Program-made: the position numbers and the translations under genes
Notes under the pieces: generated by a model
What the model saw: the letters and a program-made list of their open reading frames with translations, nothing else
The model's database searches: none
Told to the model about the DNA's origin: nothing
Shown: piece after piece, positions 27,201 through 33,838 of the stretch
Position numbering within the stretch: the first letter of the stretch is position 1
Layout: each line of letters begins with the position of its first letter
From: Saccharofermentanales bacterium
GTDB lineage: Bacteria > Bacillota > Clostridia > Saccharofermentanales > DTU023
Assembly: GCA_050951845.1 (NCBI GenBank)
Contig: JBMNJV010000001.1
Location: 712,304-776,303, forward strand
Direction: 5' to 3'
DNA: 64,000 nt

Positions 27201-29803
27201 CCGTTGAAGGTAATACCTACACGGTAAGCGGCCTGACAACGAGCAATCCTTCAAGCACAAATGTTGCTACACTGCCGAACGCAATCAGCGGTACAGCGGT
27301 TGTGAAGGATGCGAACAACAATATAGTTACAGATCAGTTCACTGTAAATACTCAGAACGGCACGCTGAAGATTAATCCTAAGGCTGTAACAATTGAGACG
27401 GGTAGTGCAACGAAGGCCTATGACGGCACCGCACTGAAGGAAGGAACAGCAAATATCGAAGGCCTGGTAGACGGAGAGAGCGTCATATTAGCCGCCACCG
27501 GCTCACAGACCGAGGTAGGTAGCAGCAGCAACACTTACAAGATTACTTGGAACAAGGCTACTGCATCGAACTACACAGTTACAGATAACCTTGGTACTCT
27601 GACCGTTACGAAGAACGCAACTGCAGTCATCATCTTAACGGCACCTTCGGATAGTAAGACCTATGACGGCACTGCCTTAACGATGACGACCGGCGTGACC
27701 GCATCCGGTTTGCCGGCAGGATTCACGATCGAAGCGACTGCAAGCGGCAGCCAGACTGAAGCCGGCAGCAGTGCAAATGTAGTTGATGACGGCTATATAA
27801 TCAAAGACCGTAACGACAACGATAAGACAGCGAACTTCACTAATGTAGTGTTAGTAGACGGCACATTGACAGTTAATCCGAAGGCAGTGACGATTACAAC
27901 AGGCAGCGCAAGCAAATCCTATGACGGCACTGCACTGACCGAAGGAACAGTGAAAATAGAAGGTCTTGTACGAGGCGAGAGCGTAACATTAGCCGCTACC
28001 GGCTCACAGACCGAAGTAGGCAGCAGCACTAACACGTATGACATTACTTGGGATAAAGCTGCTGCATCGAACTACACAGTGACGGAGAACCTTGGTACTC
28101 TGACCGTGATAGAAAACGCAGAGGCAGTCATCATATTAACGGCATCTTCAGATAGTAAGACCTATGACGGCACCGCTTTAACGATGACTGAGGGTGTGAC
28201 CGCATCCGGTTTACCTGCAGGATTCACGATCGAAGCAACTGCAAGCGGCAGCCAGACGAATGCCGGCAGCAGTGCAAACGTAGTTGACGACGGCTATATA
28301 ATTAAGGATGCCGCTGGCAACGATAAGACAGCAAACTTCAATAATGTAGTGTTGGTAGACGGCACATTGACAGTTAATCCGAAGGCAGTGACGATTACAA
28401 CAGGCAGCGCAAGCAAAGCCTATAACGGCACCGCACTGAAGGAAGCAACAGTGAGAATAGAAGGTCTCGTAGACGGAGAGAGTGTAACATTAGCCGCTAC
28501 CGGCTCACAGACCGAGGTAGGCAGCAGCAGCAACACCTACAACATTGAGTGGGATAACGCGACAGCTGCAAACTACACAGTGACAGAGAACCTTGGTACT
28601 CTGACCGTTACGGAGAACGCAGCGGCAGTCATCGTATTAACGGCAGCTTCGGGTAGCAAAACCTATGACGGCACCGCCTTAACGATGACCGAGGGTGTAA
28701 CCGCAACCGGTTTACCTGCAGGCTTCACGATCGAAGCAACTGCAAGCGGCAGCCAGACGAATGCCGGCAGCAGTGCAAACGTAGTTGACGACGGCTATGT
28801 AATTAAAGATGCCGCTGGCAACGATAAGACAGCAAACTTCAATAATGTAGTGTTGGTCGACGGCACATTGACAGTTAATCCGAAGGCAGTGACGATTACA
28901 ACAGGCAGCGCAAGCAAGACCTATGACGGCACTGCACTGACCGAAGAAACAGTGAGAATAGTAGGTCTTGTACGAGGCGAGAGCGTAACTTTAACTGCTA
29001 CCGGCTCACAGACCGAGGTAGGCAGCAGCGATAACACATATGACATTGAGTGGGATAACGCGACAGCTTCGAACTACAGAGTGACGGAGAATCTCGGAAC
29101 ACTGACCGTTACAGATGCTGGCGGAATCGGCGGACCGGACGATGAACCTACCGATCCCGAACCGGTACCTGGTCCTGTTACTCCTGTTACTCCGGGATAC
29201 ACTGATCCTGAGCCGACGCCTGAGCCGACGCCTGAGCCGACACCCGAGCCGACGCCCGAGCCGACGCCCGAGCCGACTCCTGAGCCGACGCCCGAGCCGA
29301 CACCTGAGCCGACGCCCGAGCCGACGCCCGAACCGACGCCCGAACCGACGCCCGAGCCGACTCCGGAACCGACAGTTATCATTCCGGAACGTGAGACACC
29401 GCTCGCAGACGGAACGTCAGCAGAATGGGCACTCATAAATCTGCTGTTGACCATCCTGACAGGTATTATCATGATAGTTCTGTGGATTAGTTACTTCACA
29501 AACAAAAAACGTGAAGACGAAGAGGATGAAGAGACAGAAGCTGCAAAGGCATATACCGACGAGGAAGAAGACAGAGATACAATCAAGCGTAAGGGAATCC
29601 TGAGGTTACTAAGCATCATCCCGTTTGTTGTTGCGGTAATCGTGTTCATCCTGACGGAAGACATGCGCAACCCCATGGTCTTAGTTGACCGCTGGACCAT
29701 CTGGATGGCAGTTATTGCTCTGGTACAGTTAGTACTGGCACTGTTCTGCAAGAAATCCTACGAAGAGGAAGATGATCAAGAAGATGATGCGGCAATTGCG
29801 TAA
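18293..29803 (+). CDS. Giant repeat-built cell-surface protein (3,836 aa), putative adhesin
   Basis: Sec signal peptide (cleavage near VFA-ND). Then an acidic octapeptide array, MucBP-like modules, Listeria-Bacteroides repeat modules (GYTFAGWY...TLYAKW) and YDG...GTLKI (MBG-like) modules. It ends in an EPTP linker and three C-terminal TM helices. AGGAGG RBS. Confidence 0.9.
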   Translation: MRKKNTKLFLAIILLLSFIVQMTPPAVFANDENVTESAEQAAPEGDEQAAPEDDQQAAPEDDQRAAREGDQQAAPEDDQQAAPEDDQQAAPEDDQQAAPEDDQQAAPEDDQQAAPEDDQQAAPEDDQQVAPEDDQQAAPEDDQQAAPEDDQQAAPEDDQQAAPEGDQQVTPEGDQQAAPEDDQQAAPEDDQQAAPEDDQQAAPEDDQQVAPEDDQQVAPEDDQQAEPKDDQQAEPKDDQQAEPKDDQQAEPKDDQQAAPKDDQQAEPKDDQQAEPKDDQQAAPKDDQQAEPKDDQQAEPKDDQQVRSLRSLRSPANQPKGGSPPEPAIFTITVYYQFENNDTAFPTYSGEYEEGDSYSIDVPVIDGYTATDGNDNTIVGPITGTVTGDVTMTVVYVPGDIDYTVTHHFQNTNGTYTTQSETKTGKVGEYTEAQAMSYSADQYTLEPYEQEILAAGSSINIDLYYNLNTSYLTFDSNGGSYCVRLSALYGGSVNIDDRLPVKDGYTFAGWYDNPEFSGGAVTGDVLLTGDKTLYAKWTAINSNYTIVYIIENANDNNYSYLTSRTETALTGSTVQVTAGSPLAKPNELDQTNFTFKDSSSAVVAGDGSTVITVRYSRNVYTLTSNRRLVNNQYLTLTAKYGATITDLMNSTWNAPTNYQYAWALTNNNDDKVACFDTMPSGNKKVYDFAYITSKVQTLSYWLENYDGSETITRNGVTYGLYKRITVKFNYLYYDVDFYNIAGYTKGDYTIFQGGVQRYFGSSGRYATRGNDLADFYYLANSYQLDLYGFHGVLLSSHQVKLGVNLSGYLAEPQAPVAGATFRGWFVDPSHQTQNTLTTMPTGLALYADWNFPSYTVTYVDGMDHSTTYDTQQVPYYETTDPIPTPSKDGYQFMGWYADPEYAAEFDFDQPISENKTIYAKWNKITVTSYTVRYIKESDGTNLFPPATYSGTVGRTVWANAKTSPDYIVDKISDSIVLVANAANNVITFTYSEPHDVWYKVVYEDMDGNLIREDAPLSTQANQIVVYADVAGMHALNYQPIVVRQTKVLADETDPNNLQNNIIVFKCLPRYTVTFEAGPGGSLQGQTSFPNILKGTPWATAVTVPTPVANEGYYFAGWTPSFPATVTANATYTANFAQKTDVTFTANSEEKTYNGQVQTVTGFTTDLPQGYTVTGLTANGSGKDVANYPVSFSGNPIIKNADNQDVTEQYSITYVNGTLKINKRNITVSVENAPDVEYDGNEHTGKTEYTFSNLALGTHVATITYIPAKGTLVGTYTGSYGNNLKVMAGGVEVTGNYNLTTKTPGTLKITDRAEKFEITVKAKSLTATYDGTEKSVSGFDTLTFTVEGNTYTVSGLTTSNPSSTNVATLPNAISGTAVVKDANNNIVTDQFTVNTQNGTLKINKRNITVSVENAPDVEYDGNEHTGKTEYTFSNLALGTHVATITYIPAKGTLVGTYTGSYGNNLKVMAGGVEVTGNYNLTTKTPGTLKITDRAEKFEITVKAKSLTATYDGTEKSVSGFDTLTFTVEGNTYTVSGLTTSNPSSTNVATLPNAISGTAVVKDANNNIVTDQFTVNTQNGTLKINKRNITVSVENAPDVEYDGNEHTGKTEYTFSNVVSGQTATITYIPAKGTLVGTYTGSYGNNLKVMAGGVEVTGNYNLTTKTPGTLKITDRAEKFEITVKAKSLTATYDGTEKSVSGFDTLTFTVEGNTYTVSGLTTSNPSSTNVATLPNAISGTAVVKDANNNIVTDQFTVNTQNGTLKINKRNITVSVENAPDVEYDGNEHTGKTEYTFSNLALGTHVATITYIPAKGTLVGTYTGSYGNNLKVMAGGVEVTDNYNLTTKTPGTLKITDRAEKFEITVKAKSLTATYDGTEKSVSGFDTLTFTVEGNTYTVSGLTTSNPSSTNVATLPNAISGTAVVKDANNNIVTDQFTVNTQNGTLKINKRNITVSVENAPDVEYDGNEHTGKTEYTFSNVVSGQTATITYIPAKGTLVGTYTGSYGNNLKVMAGGVEVTGNYNLTTKTPGTLKITDRAEKFEITVKAKSLTATYDGTEKSVSGFDTLTFTVEGNTYTVSGLTTSNPSSTNVATLPNAISGTAVVKDANNNIVTDQFTVNTQNGTLKINKRNITVSVENAPDVEYDGNEHTGKTEYTFSNLALGTHVATITYIPAKGTLVGTYTGSYGNNLKVMAGGVEVTGNYNLTTKTPGTLKITDRAEKFEITVKAKSLTATYDGTEKSVSGFDTLTFTVEGNTYTVSGLTTSNPSSTNVATLPNAISGTAVVKDANNNIVTDQFTVNTQNGTLKINKRNITVSVENAPDVEYDGNEHTGKTEYTFSNLALGTHVATITYIPAKGTLVGTYTGSYGNNLKVMAGGVEVTDNYNLTTKTPGTLKITDRAEKFEITVKAKSLTATYDGTEKSVSGFDTLTFTVEGNTYTVSGLTTSNPSSTNVATLPNAISGTAVVKDANNNIVTDQFTVNTQNGTLKINKRNITVSVENAPDVEYDGNEHTGKTEYTFSNLALGTHVATITYIPAKGTLVGTYTGSYGNNLKVMAGGVEVTGNYNLTTKTPGTLKITDRAEKFEITVKAKSLTATYDGTEKSVSGFDTLTFTVEGNTYTVSGLTTSNPSSTNVATLPNAISGTAVVKDANNNIVTDQFTVNTQNGTLKINKRNITVSVENAPDVEYDGNEHTGKTEYTFSNLALGTHVATITYIPAKGTLVGTYTGSYGNNLKVMAGGVEVTDNYNLTTKTPGTLKITDRAEKFEITVKAKSLTATYDGTEKSVSGFDTLTFTVEGNTYTVSGLTTSNPSSTNVATLPNAISGTAVVKDANNNIVTDQFTVNTQNGTLKINKRNITVSVENAPDVEYDGNEHTGKTEYTFSNLALGTHVATITYIPAKGTLVGTYTGSYGNNLKVMAGGVEVTDNYNLTTKTPGTLKITDRAEKFEITVKAKSLTATYDGTEKSVSGFDTLTFTVEGNTYTVSGLTTSNPSSTNVATLPNAISGTAVVKDANNNIVTDQFTVNTQNGTLKINPKAVTIETGSATKAYDGTALKEGTANIEGLVDGESVILAATGSQTEVGSSSNTYKITWNKATASNYTVTDNLGTLTVTKNATAVIILTAPSDSKTYDGTALTMTTGVTASGLPAGFTIEATASGSQTEAGSSANVVDDGYIIKDRNDNDKTANFTNVVLVDGTLTVNPKAVTITTGSASKSYDGTALTEGTVKIEGLVRGESVTLAATGSQTEVGSSTNTYDITWDKAAASNYTVTENLGTLTVIENAEAVIILTASSDSKTYDGTALTMTEGVTASGLPAGFTIEATASGSQTNAGSSANVVDDGYIIKDAAGNDKTANFNNVVLVDGTLTVNPKAVTITTGSASKAYNGTALKEATVRIEGLVDGESVTLAATGSQTEVGSSSNTYNIEWDNATAANYTVTENLGTLTVTENAAAVIVLTAASGSKTYDGTALTMTEGVTATGLPAGFTIEATASGSQTNAGSSANVVDDGYVIKDAAGNDKTANFNNVVLVDGTLTVNPKAVTITTGSASKTYDGTALTEETVRIVGLVRGESVTLTATGSQTEVGSSDNTYDIEWDNATASNYRVTENLGTLTVTDAGGIGGPDDEPTDPEPVPGPVTPVTPGYTDPEPTPEPTPEPTPEPTPEPTPEPTPEPTPEPTPEPTPEPTPEPTPEPTPEPTPEPTVIIPERETPLADGTSAEWALINLLLTILTGIIMIVLWISYFTNKKREDEEDEETEAAKAYTDEEEDRDTIKRKGILRLLSIIPFVVAVIVFILTEDMRNPMVLVDRWTIWMAVIALVQLVLALFCKKSYEEEDDQEDDAAIA
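18408..19206 (+). repeat. 24-bp (8-aa) tandem repeat x ~33 in the giant gene (AAPEDDQQ, switching to AEPKDDQQ)
   Basis: The period was read directly. From about 18960 the units change from GCACCGGAAGAT to GAACCGAAAGAT. Confidence 0.95.
21950..27373 (+). repeat. Near-identical 543/540-bp (181/180-aa) tandem repeat x 10
   Basis: NKRNITVSVENAP recurs 10 times. Eight units are 543 bp and two are 540 bp, and 21950 + 5424 = 27374. Each unit holds two YDG...GTLKI modules. Confidence 0.95.
27374..29115 (+). repeat. Diverged 501-bp (167-aa) tandem repeat x ~3.5
   Basis: NPKAVTI starts at 27374, 27875, 28376 and 28877. The units are clearly related but carry many substitutions. Confidence 0.9.
29210..29374 (+). 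repeat. 12-bp repeat encoding (EPTP) x ~14, a Pro/Thr stalk
   Basis: GAGCCGACGCCT units read directly. Confidence 0.95.
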
Positions 29804-29826
29804 ACAACGCTTGCTGAACTAAAAAA

Positions 29827-29857
29827 AAGAGTCCGCTCAGGCGGGCTCTTTTTTTTG
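29827..29857. terminator. Bidirectional rho-independent terminator between the convergent giant gene and the PilT-like gene
   Basis: An A-run, then stem AAGAGTCCGC (29827-29836) and GCGGGCTCTT (29841-29850) with a TCAG loop, then a T-run. Confidence 0.8.
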
Positions 29858-29937
29858 TTGCAGTACATCCGACCTGCTCACTTTTTGGCGTCGTGCAAAT
29901 GGGAATTTGCAGAGCTCGAAATTCTGAGCAGAAACCT

Positions 29938-30999
29938 TTAACTGTTTTCAATCTGTCTCAGAAGATATTCCTGAGACATGCTGTAGGTAAGGGCAGTTTG
30001 TTTGCTGATAAGCCCTTCCCGATACAATTTTGCAAGACTGGCATCCATACTGATCATTCCTTCTGCGGACGAAGTTTGAAGAACGGAAGGGATCTGGTGT
30101 GTTCTGCCGTCGCGAATCAACGTTCGGATCGCACCGTTACACTGCATAACCTCGAATGCCGGCACAAGTGAACCGTCATTCGCGGGCAGCAATTGCTGAC
30201 TGACTACAGCCTGAAGCACCATGGAGATCTGCATGCGCACCTGTTCCTGCTGTTCTGCGGGATATGCATCAACCAACCGGTCAACGGCATTGGCTGCTCC
30301 CAGGGCATGAAGCGCGGCAAGAATTAAATGCCCCGTCTCTGCCGCGGTCAGGGCAATTTCGATCGCCTCCATGTCCCGCAGTTCTCCGATCAGGATAACG
30401 TCCGGACTTTGCCGCAATGCAGCGCGTAGGGCGGACGGATAATTCTCCGTATCAATCATCAGCTCGCGCTGGCTGACGATACTTTTTTTGTGGCTAAGCA
30501 GATATTCAATCGGATCTTCCAGCGTGATGATGTGTGCGTTACGCTGTTGATTGATCTTTTCCAGCAGACAAGTCAGCGTTGTCGTTTTTCCGCTACCCGA
30601 AGGACCGGTGACGAGAATCATCCCTCTTCTCAGCTCTGCCAGATCCAAAACAGTGCTTGGCAGGCGCATTTCCTCCGGATCAGGCAGAGAGAATGCAACT
30701 ACCCGGATTACTGCTGCATACGATCCGCGCTGCTTATACGCGTTTACACGGAAACGAGATACTCCTTTTATAGCAAATGAAAAATCATCATCTCCTCGCT
30801 TCAAGAAGTTTTCCGGATCACGCCCCGCTAAGGCATATACCTCAAGGAGCATCTCTTGCGTCTGCGCAGGAGTCAGTTTTTCCTCTCCCCAGTTTTTAAC
30901 AAGTTTATTTTGCTTGCAGCTGACCGGACGGCCGGATATGATAAAAATATCCTCTACATTCTGTTCCACCATGTCCTTTAACAACATCTGTATGTCCAT
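29938..30999 (-). CDS. PilT-type hexameric ATPase (T2SS/T4P family), the only motor ATPase in the cluster
   Basis: Walker A GPSGSGKTT, Walker B DVILIGELRD, His box GHLILAALHA and the PilT-type motif AIRTLIRDGRTHQI. ATG 30999 (MDIQMLL) follows GAGGGAG. The track start at 31116 would overlap the upstream gene. Confidence 0.85.
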   Translation of the reverse strand: MDIQMLLKDMVEQNVEDIFIISGRPVSCKQNKLVKNWGEEKLTPAQTQEMLLEVYALAGRDPENFLKRGDDDFSFAIKGVSRFRVNAYKQRGSYAAVIRVVAFSLPDPEEMRLPSTVLDLAELRRGMILVTGPSGSGKTTTLTCLLEKINQQRNAHIITLEDPIEYLLSHKKSIVSQRELMIDTENYPSALRAALRQSPDVILIGELRDMEAIEIALTAAETGHLILAALHALGAANAVDRLVDAYPAEQQEQVRMQISMVLQAVVSQQLLPANDGSLVPAFEVMQCNGAIRTLIRDGRTHQIPSVLQTSSAEGMISMDASLAKLYREGLISKQTALTYSMSQEYLLRQIENS

Positions 31000-31024
31000 T
31001 GTTTTTTGCTCCCTCTGTATTCCT

Positions 31025-31435
31025 TTATTGTCCCGGCGATATGGTTTGGCGATACAGCCGCTCCACTTTACCCTGTTCTCCGATGCCAACCTCCGCACGT
31101 AGCACCCGCAGGTCATCTATAGGTGTATCAAAAACCACTACAGTCCCCGGATAGGAAGTATCAACCGAAATCCCAAATCCGGCTTCCTCCAAACGCTCCC
31201 ATAAGGGTGTTTCTGTGTCACTTGCCGCTATGGCAGACAGTTCCGACAACCTCTGTTCCGCGCGTGCCTCTGCGGCATAATAATCGGATACGGCACATGC
31301 GGCCCTATCCGAAAGTACGCTATCCGACCGGCTGCCGGACAGCGACAAGACGGAAAAAACGGCGAGCAGCAATATCGTAAACACGGTAATCAGCGAAACA
31401 ATACCTATACTGACAACGGGCCTTCCTCGCTTCAT
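31025..31435 (-). CDS. Small N-terminally anchored protein (136 aa), minor-pseudopilin/PilX-N-like
   Basis: MKRGRPVVSIGIVSLITVFTILLLAVFSVLSLS, then a soluble domain. Its ATG overlaps the upstream stop as ATGA. Confidence 0.55.
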   Translation of the reverse strand: MKRGRPVVSIGIVSLITVFTILLLAVFSVLSLSGSRSDSVLSDRAACAVSDYYAAEARAEQRLSELSAIAASDTETPLWERLEEAGFGISVDTSYPGTVVVFDTPIDDLRVLRAEVGIGEQGKVERLYRQTISPGQ

Positions 31436-31905
31436 ATTATCCCTCCGCTCTTTGCGCCGAGAAAGCGCAGCACGCACAATGTATAAATAATCTCTTCTTT
31501 ATTTGTCACTGAAATATCTGCTTGAAGCATATTTTTCTCATCAATATCAATAACCGCACGCAATTCATAGACTGCCTCCGCGCCATCTCGGCTATCGGGT
31601 CCATCGGGGCTATCCGCGCCGGCGGGAAGACGCAGCCAATCTGCATCGTATCGGAGGGTATATACGCCCCCTTCTCCTTCTGCGTCCAGCAGGGTGCCAA
31701 GCACCTGCAGGTCTCCCTCGGCAGCCTTCACACTCTCTGCTACGTTTTGTGCTTCCGCAACTGCCATGGAAAGGGCAGCGCTCTTTTTCCCCGTCAGATT
31801 TCCGTGCGCAAAAATGGCAATACAAATTGCCGACGCAACGGCAAACAACAAGCAGTTCACCAGCAACTCCACCAGAAAATAGCGGCTTTTAGACGATTGA
31901 CTCAT
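31432..31905 (-). CDS. Pilin-like protein (157 aa) with a non-canonical leader
   Basis: The N-terminus MSQSSKSRYFLVELLVNCLLFAVASAI matches the class III helix consensus (FTLIELLV) including Glu5. It has Arg, not Gly, at -1. Confidence 0.6.
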   Translation of the reverse strand: MSQSSKSRYFLVELLVNCLLFAVASAICIAIFAHGNLTGKKSAALSMAVAEAQNVAESVKAAEGDLQVLGTLLDAEGEGGVYTLRYDADWLRLPAGADSPDGPDSRDGAEAVYELRAVIDIDEKNMLQADISVTNKEEIIYTLCVLRFLGAKSGGII

Positions 31906-32396
31906 GGTGCATTTCTCCTTCCGGCTCTCTCCAAAAAAACCTTGCCGTCATACGTTTCACCTGACAGGTCCGTCACGCTGATTCGGAGCAGACCCTCCGG
32001 ACCCAGCTCGAGAACGAGCGAGGAGAGGGGCATAATCTTCTGCCCGATCCCCGGTGAGACATCCGCACCCTGCAGCAGCAGTACCTCGCGCAGATATCCG
32101 TCCTCCACGTAAATCCACGTTTCATACTGTTCACTCTCTATTAACATTCCCAGCACCAGTGCATCTCCCTCGCCGGTTTGCCGCACGCTTATTTCTCCCG
32201 CTGCACTTGTTGTTTGCCGTACCTTTTCCGTCAAATACAACACGGAAGTCCGCATATTATAATTGCGTTCCGAACGTTCCGCTCCCCGGCTATAAGCATC
32301 TGCAACCATCACAGAGAGGAGCAGGGTACAAATCGTGTACAAGAAAAACAAAGCAATCACAAATAAGATCTCTGCTGTATCTCTCTCCCGCCGCAT
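31902..32396 (-). CDS. Small N-terminally anchored protein (164 aa) of the T4P/T2SS-like operon
   Basis: MRRERDTAEILFVIALFFLYTICTLLLSVMVA, then a soluble domain. The internal ATG 32396 was chosen because the track start at 32561 overlaps the upstream gene by about 150 nt. Its stop overlaps the next start. Confidence 0.5.
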   Translation of the reverse strand: MRRERDTAEILFVIALFFLYTICTLLLSVMVADAYSRGAERSERNYNMRTSVLYLTEKVRQTTSAAGEISVRQTGEGDALVLGMLIESEQYETWIYVEDGYLREVLLLQGADVSPGIGQKIMPLSSLVLELGPEGLLRISVTDLSGETYDGKVFLERAGRRNAP

Positions 32397-32412
32397 CTTC
32401 TCTTTCTGCCCC

Positions 32413-32769
32413 CTAATCTTCAAGATAAAAAACCGAAATTTCCGGTAGCAGATTGCCGCCCAGGAATTTGTAATGCACCACATAGCGATCTGCATCATAG
32501 CGAAGACCGTAACGCTCCTGTAAGTACGCAAGATCTTGCGGGTAACTTCCTTCCAATGCATAACACTGTACGGCCTCCCGCCGCACAGCGTCTTTCAGCA
32601 GAACGATCTGCCTGGAGACGGATGTTTTTCCGGCGGCAGTAACCCCTGATCCAATACTCAGCGCAACGGCGGCAAAGATCGCGACAGCCCAGAAAACACC
32701 GCTGCCCAGCAATTGCCTGATCTTTTTCGCGAACCCGGTTTTTCGCAAGGAAACACCAACCTTTCTCAC
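32413..32769 (-). CDS. Small single-TM protein (~118 aa) of the T4P/T2SS-like operon
   Basis: A GTG at 32769 overlaps the GspF stop as GTGA. TM helix GVFWAVAIFAAVALSIGSG. The start is uncertain (the track ATG at 32835 would overlap gspF by 70 nt). Confidence 0.45.
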   Translation of the reverse strand: MRKVGVSLRKTGFAKKIRQLLGSGVFWAVAIFAAVALSIGSGVTAAGKTSVSRQIVLLKDAVRREAVQCYALEGSYPQDLAYLQERYGLRYDADRYVVHYKFLGGNLLPEISVFYLED

Positions 32770-33815
32770 ATGCCGCTCAGGATTCCGGCCAACGGCAACA
32801 TGACAGATAGGATGACCAGCCCCACCAGTACGCACAGCAATGCTACCAGCGCAGGCTCAATAATTGCCAGCAACCGCTGCCGCCGCGACTCAGCATCACG
32901 GCGGCAGCGAAGTGCAACTTCCATAAGCATCGTTCCGGGTGTGCCTGTGCGCAAGCCTGCCACTATCATCCCGTTATAGGATTCTTCAAAAATTCCGGAA
33001 GCGAAAATAGCCTCTTGCAAAGGTTTCCCTTCTCCAAGCAGGCGCTCGAGTTCAACAATTCGCGCCTTTGCCCTTTCGCTTTCTTCAAGGTCCGCCGCTA
33101 AATGCAGCGCATCCACTATATAAATGCCGCTTTCCAGCATCAGCGACATGGAAAATGCGAACCGTTCCGCAGCGATAACCGCTGCCACCTTCCGTGTGAG
33201 CGGGGAAGTATCATAAGCGCGCAAAAGCGCAACCCGGCCTTTTTTTGTAAAACGCAGGAGAAAAAATACGAGAACAACGGCAATGACCACGATCAGAATG
33301 ACCACCGCAGATTGACCAAAAGCCTGTCCGAATTGCAGCAGCGACAGAGAAAAAGGGTTCATTGCCAGTCCCAGTTGCTTGAACACTTGTTCAAATACCG
33401 GCATTACCGCCACGGTCAGTACAAAAATCACCACGAGCACCATTCCCGTCATAGTAAGCGGGTAGACCACCGAAGTTCGCAGTTCTCTTGCCAGGGCATC
33501 GCGCCCTTTGTAATACGCATGCAGTGCCTCTGCGATTTCTTGCATACGTCCCGTGCGTTCGCCTATCCGCACCATATCCACGGCATAACCGGGAAACCGC
33601 CCGCTTTGCAGGAAAGCGGCAGACAGACTGTTCCCGTCCGCAACTTCCGCGGATAGCCCGCGAAACAATTCGCTATTTCTTGCACCCGTTTCTTCACCTA
33701 ACAGCGCAAGTCCTTCCCATGCGGGAATTCCGCTTTTGAAAAACAGCGCCAACTGTTGGAAAAACTCCTCCAGCTCAGCTGCGGAAAGTTCTTTTTGCTT
33801 GTTGGTTCGTTTCAT
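32766..33815 (-). CDS. Type II secretion system F / PilC-family platform protein
   Basis: Two T2SSF-like halves, each a helical cytoplasmic domain followed by TM segments. ATG 33815 follows AAGGAG; the track TTG start is at 33842. Confidence 0.85.
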   Translation of the reverse strand: MKRTNKQKELSAAELEEFFQQLALFFKSGIPAWEGLALLGEETGARNSELFRGLSAEVADGNSLSAAFLQSGRFPGYAVDMVRIGERTGRMQEIAEALHAYYKGRDALARELRTSVVYPLTMTGMVLVVIFVLTVAVMPVFEQVFKQLGLAMNPFSLSLLQFGQAFGQSAVVILIVVIAVVLVFFLLRFTKKGRVALLRAYDTSPLTRKVAAVIAAERFAFSMSLMLESGIYIVDALHLAADLEESERAKARIVELERLLGEGKPLQEAIFASGIFEESYNGMIVAGLRTGTPGTMLMEVALRCRRDAESRRQRLLAIIEPALVALLCVLVGLVILSVMLPLAGILSGM

Positions 33816-33838
33816 GCGCTTCTCCTTCTGAGCGGATT

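Noticed and set aside
30999-31116. The 39-codon N-terminal extension of the PilT-like ORF (track start 31116).
   Set aside because: The extension overlaps the upstream gene by about 90 nt and lacks an RBS. ATG 30999 has GAGGGAG upstream and gives a normal PilT length (353 aa).
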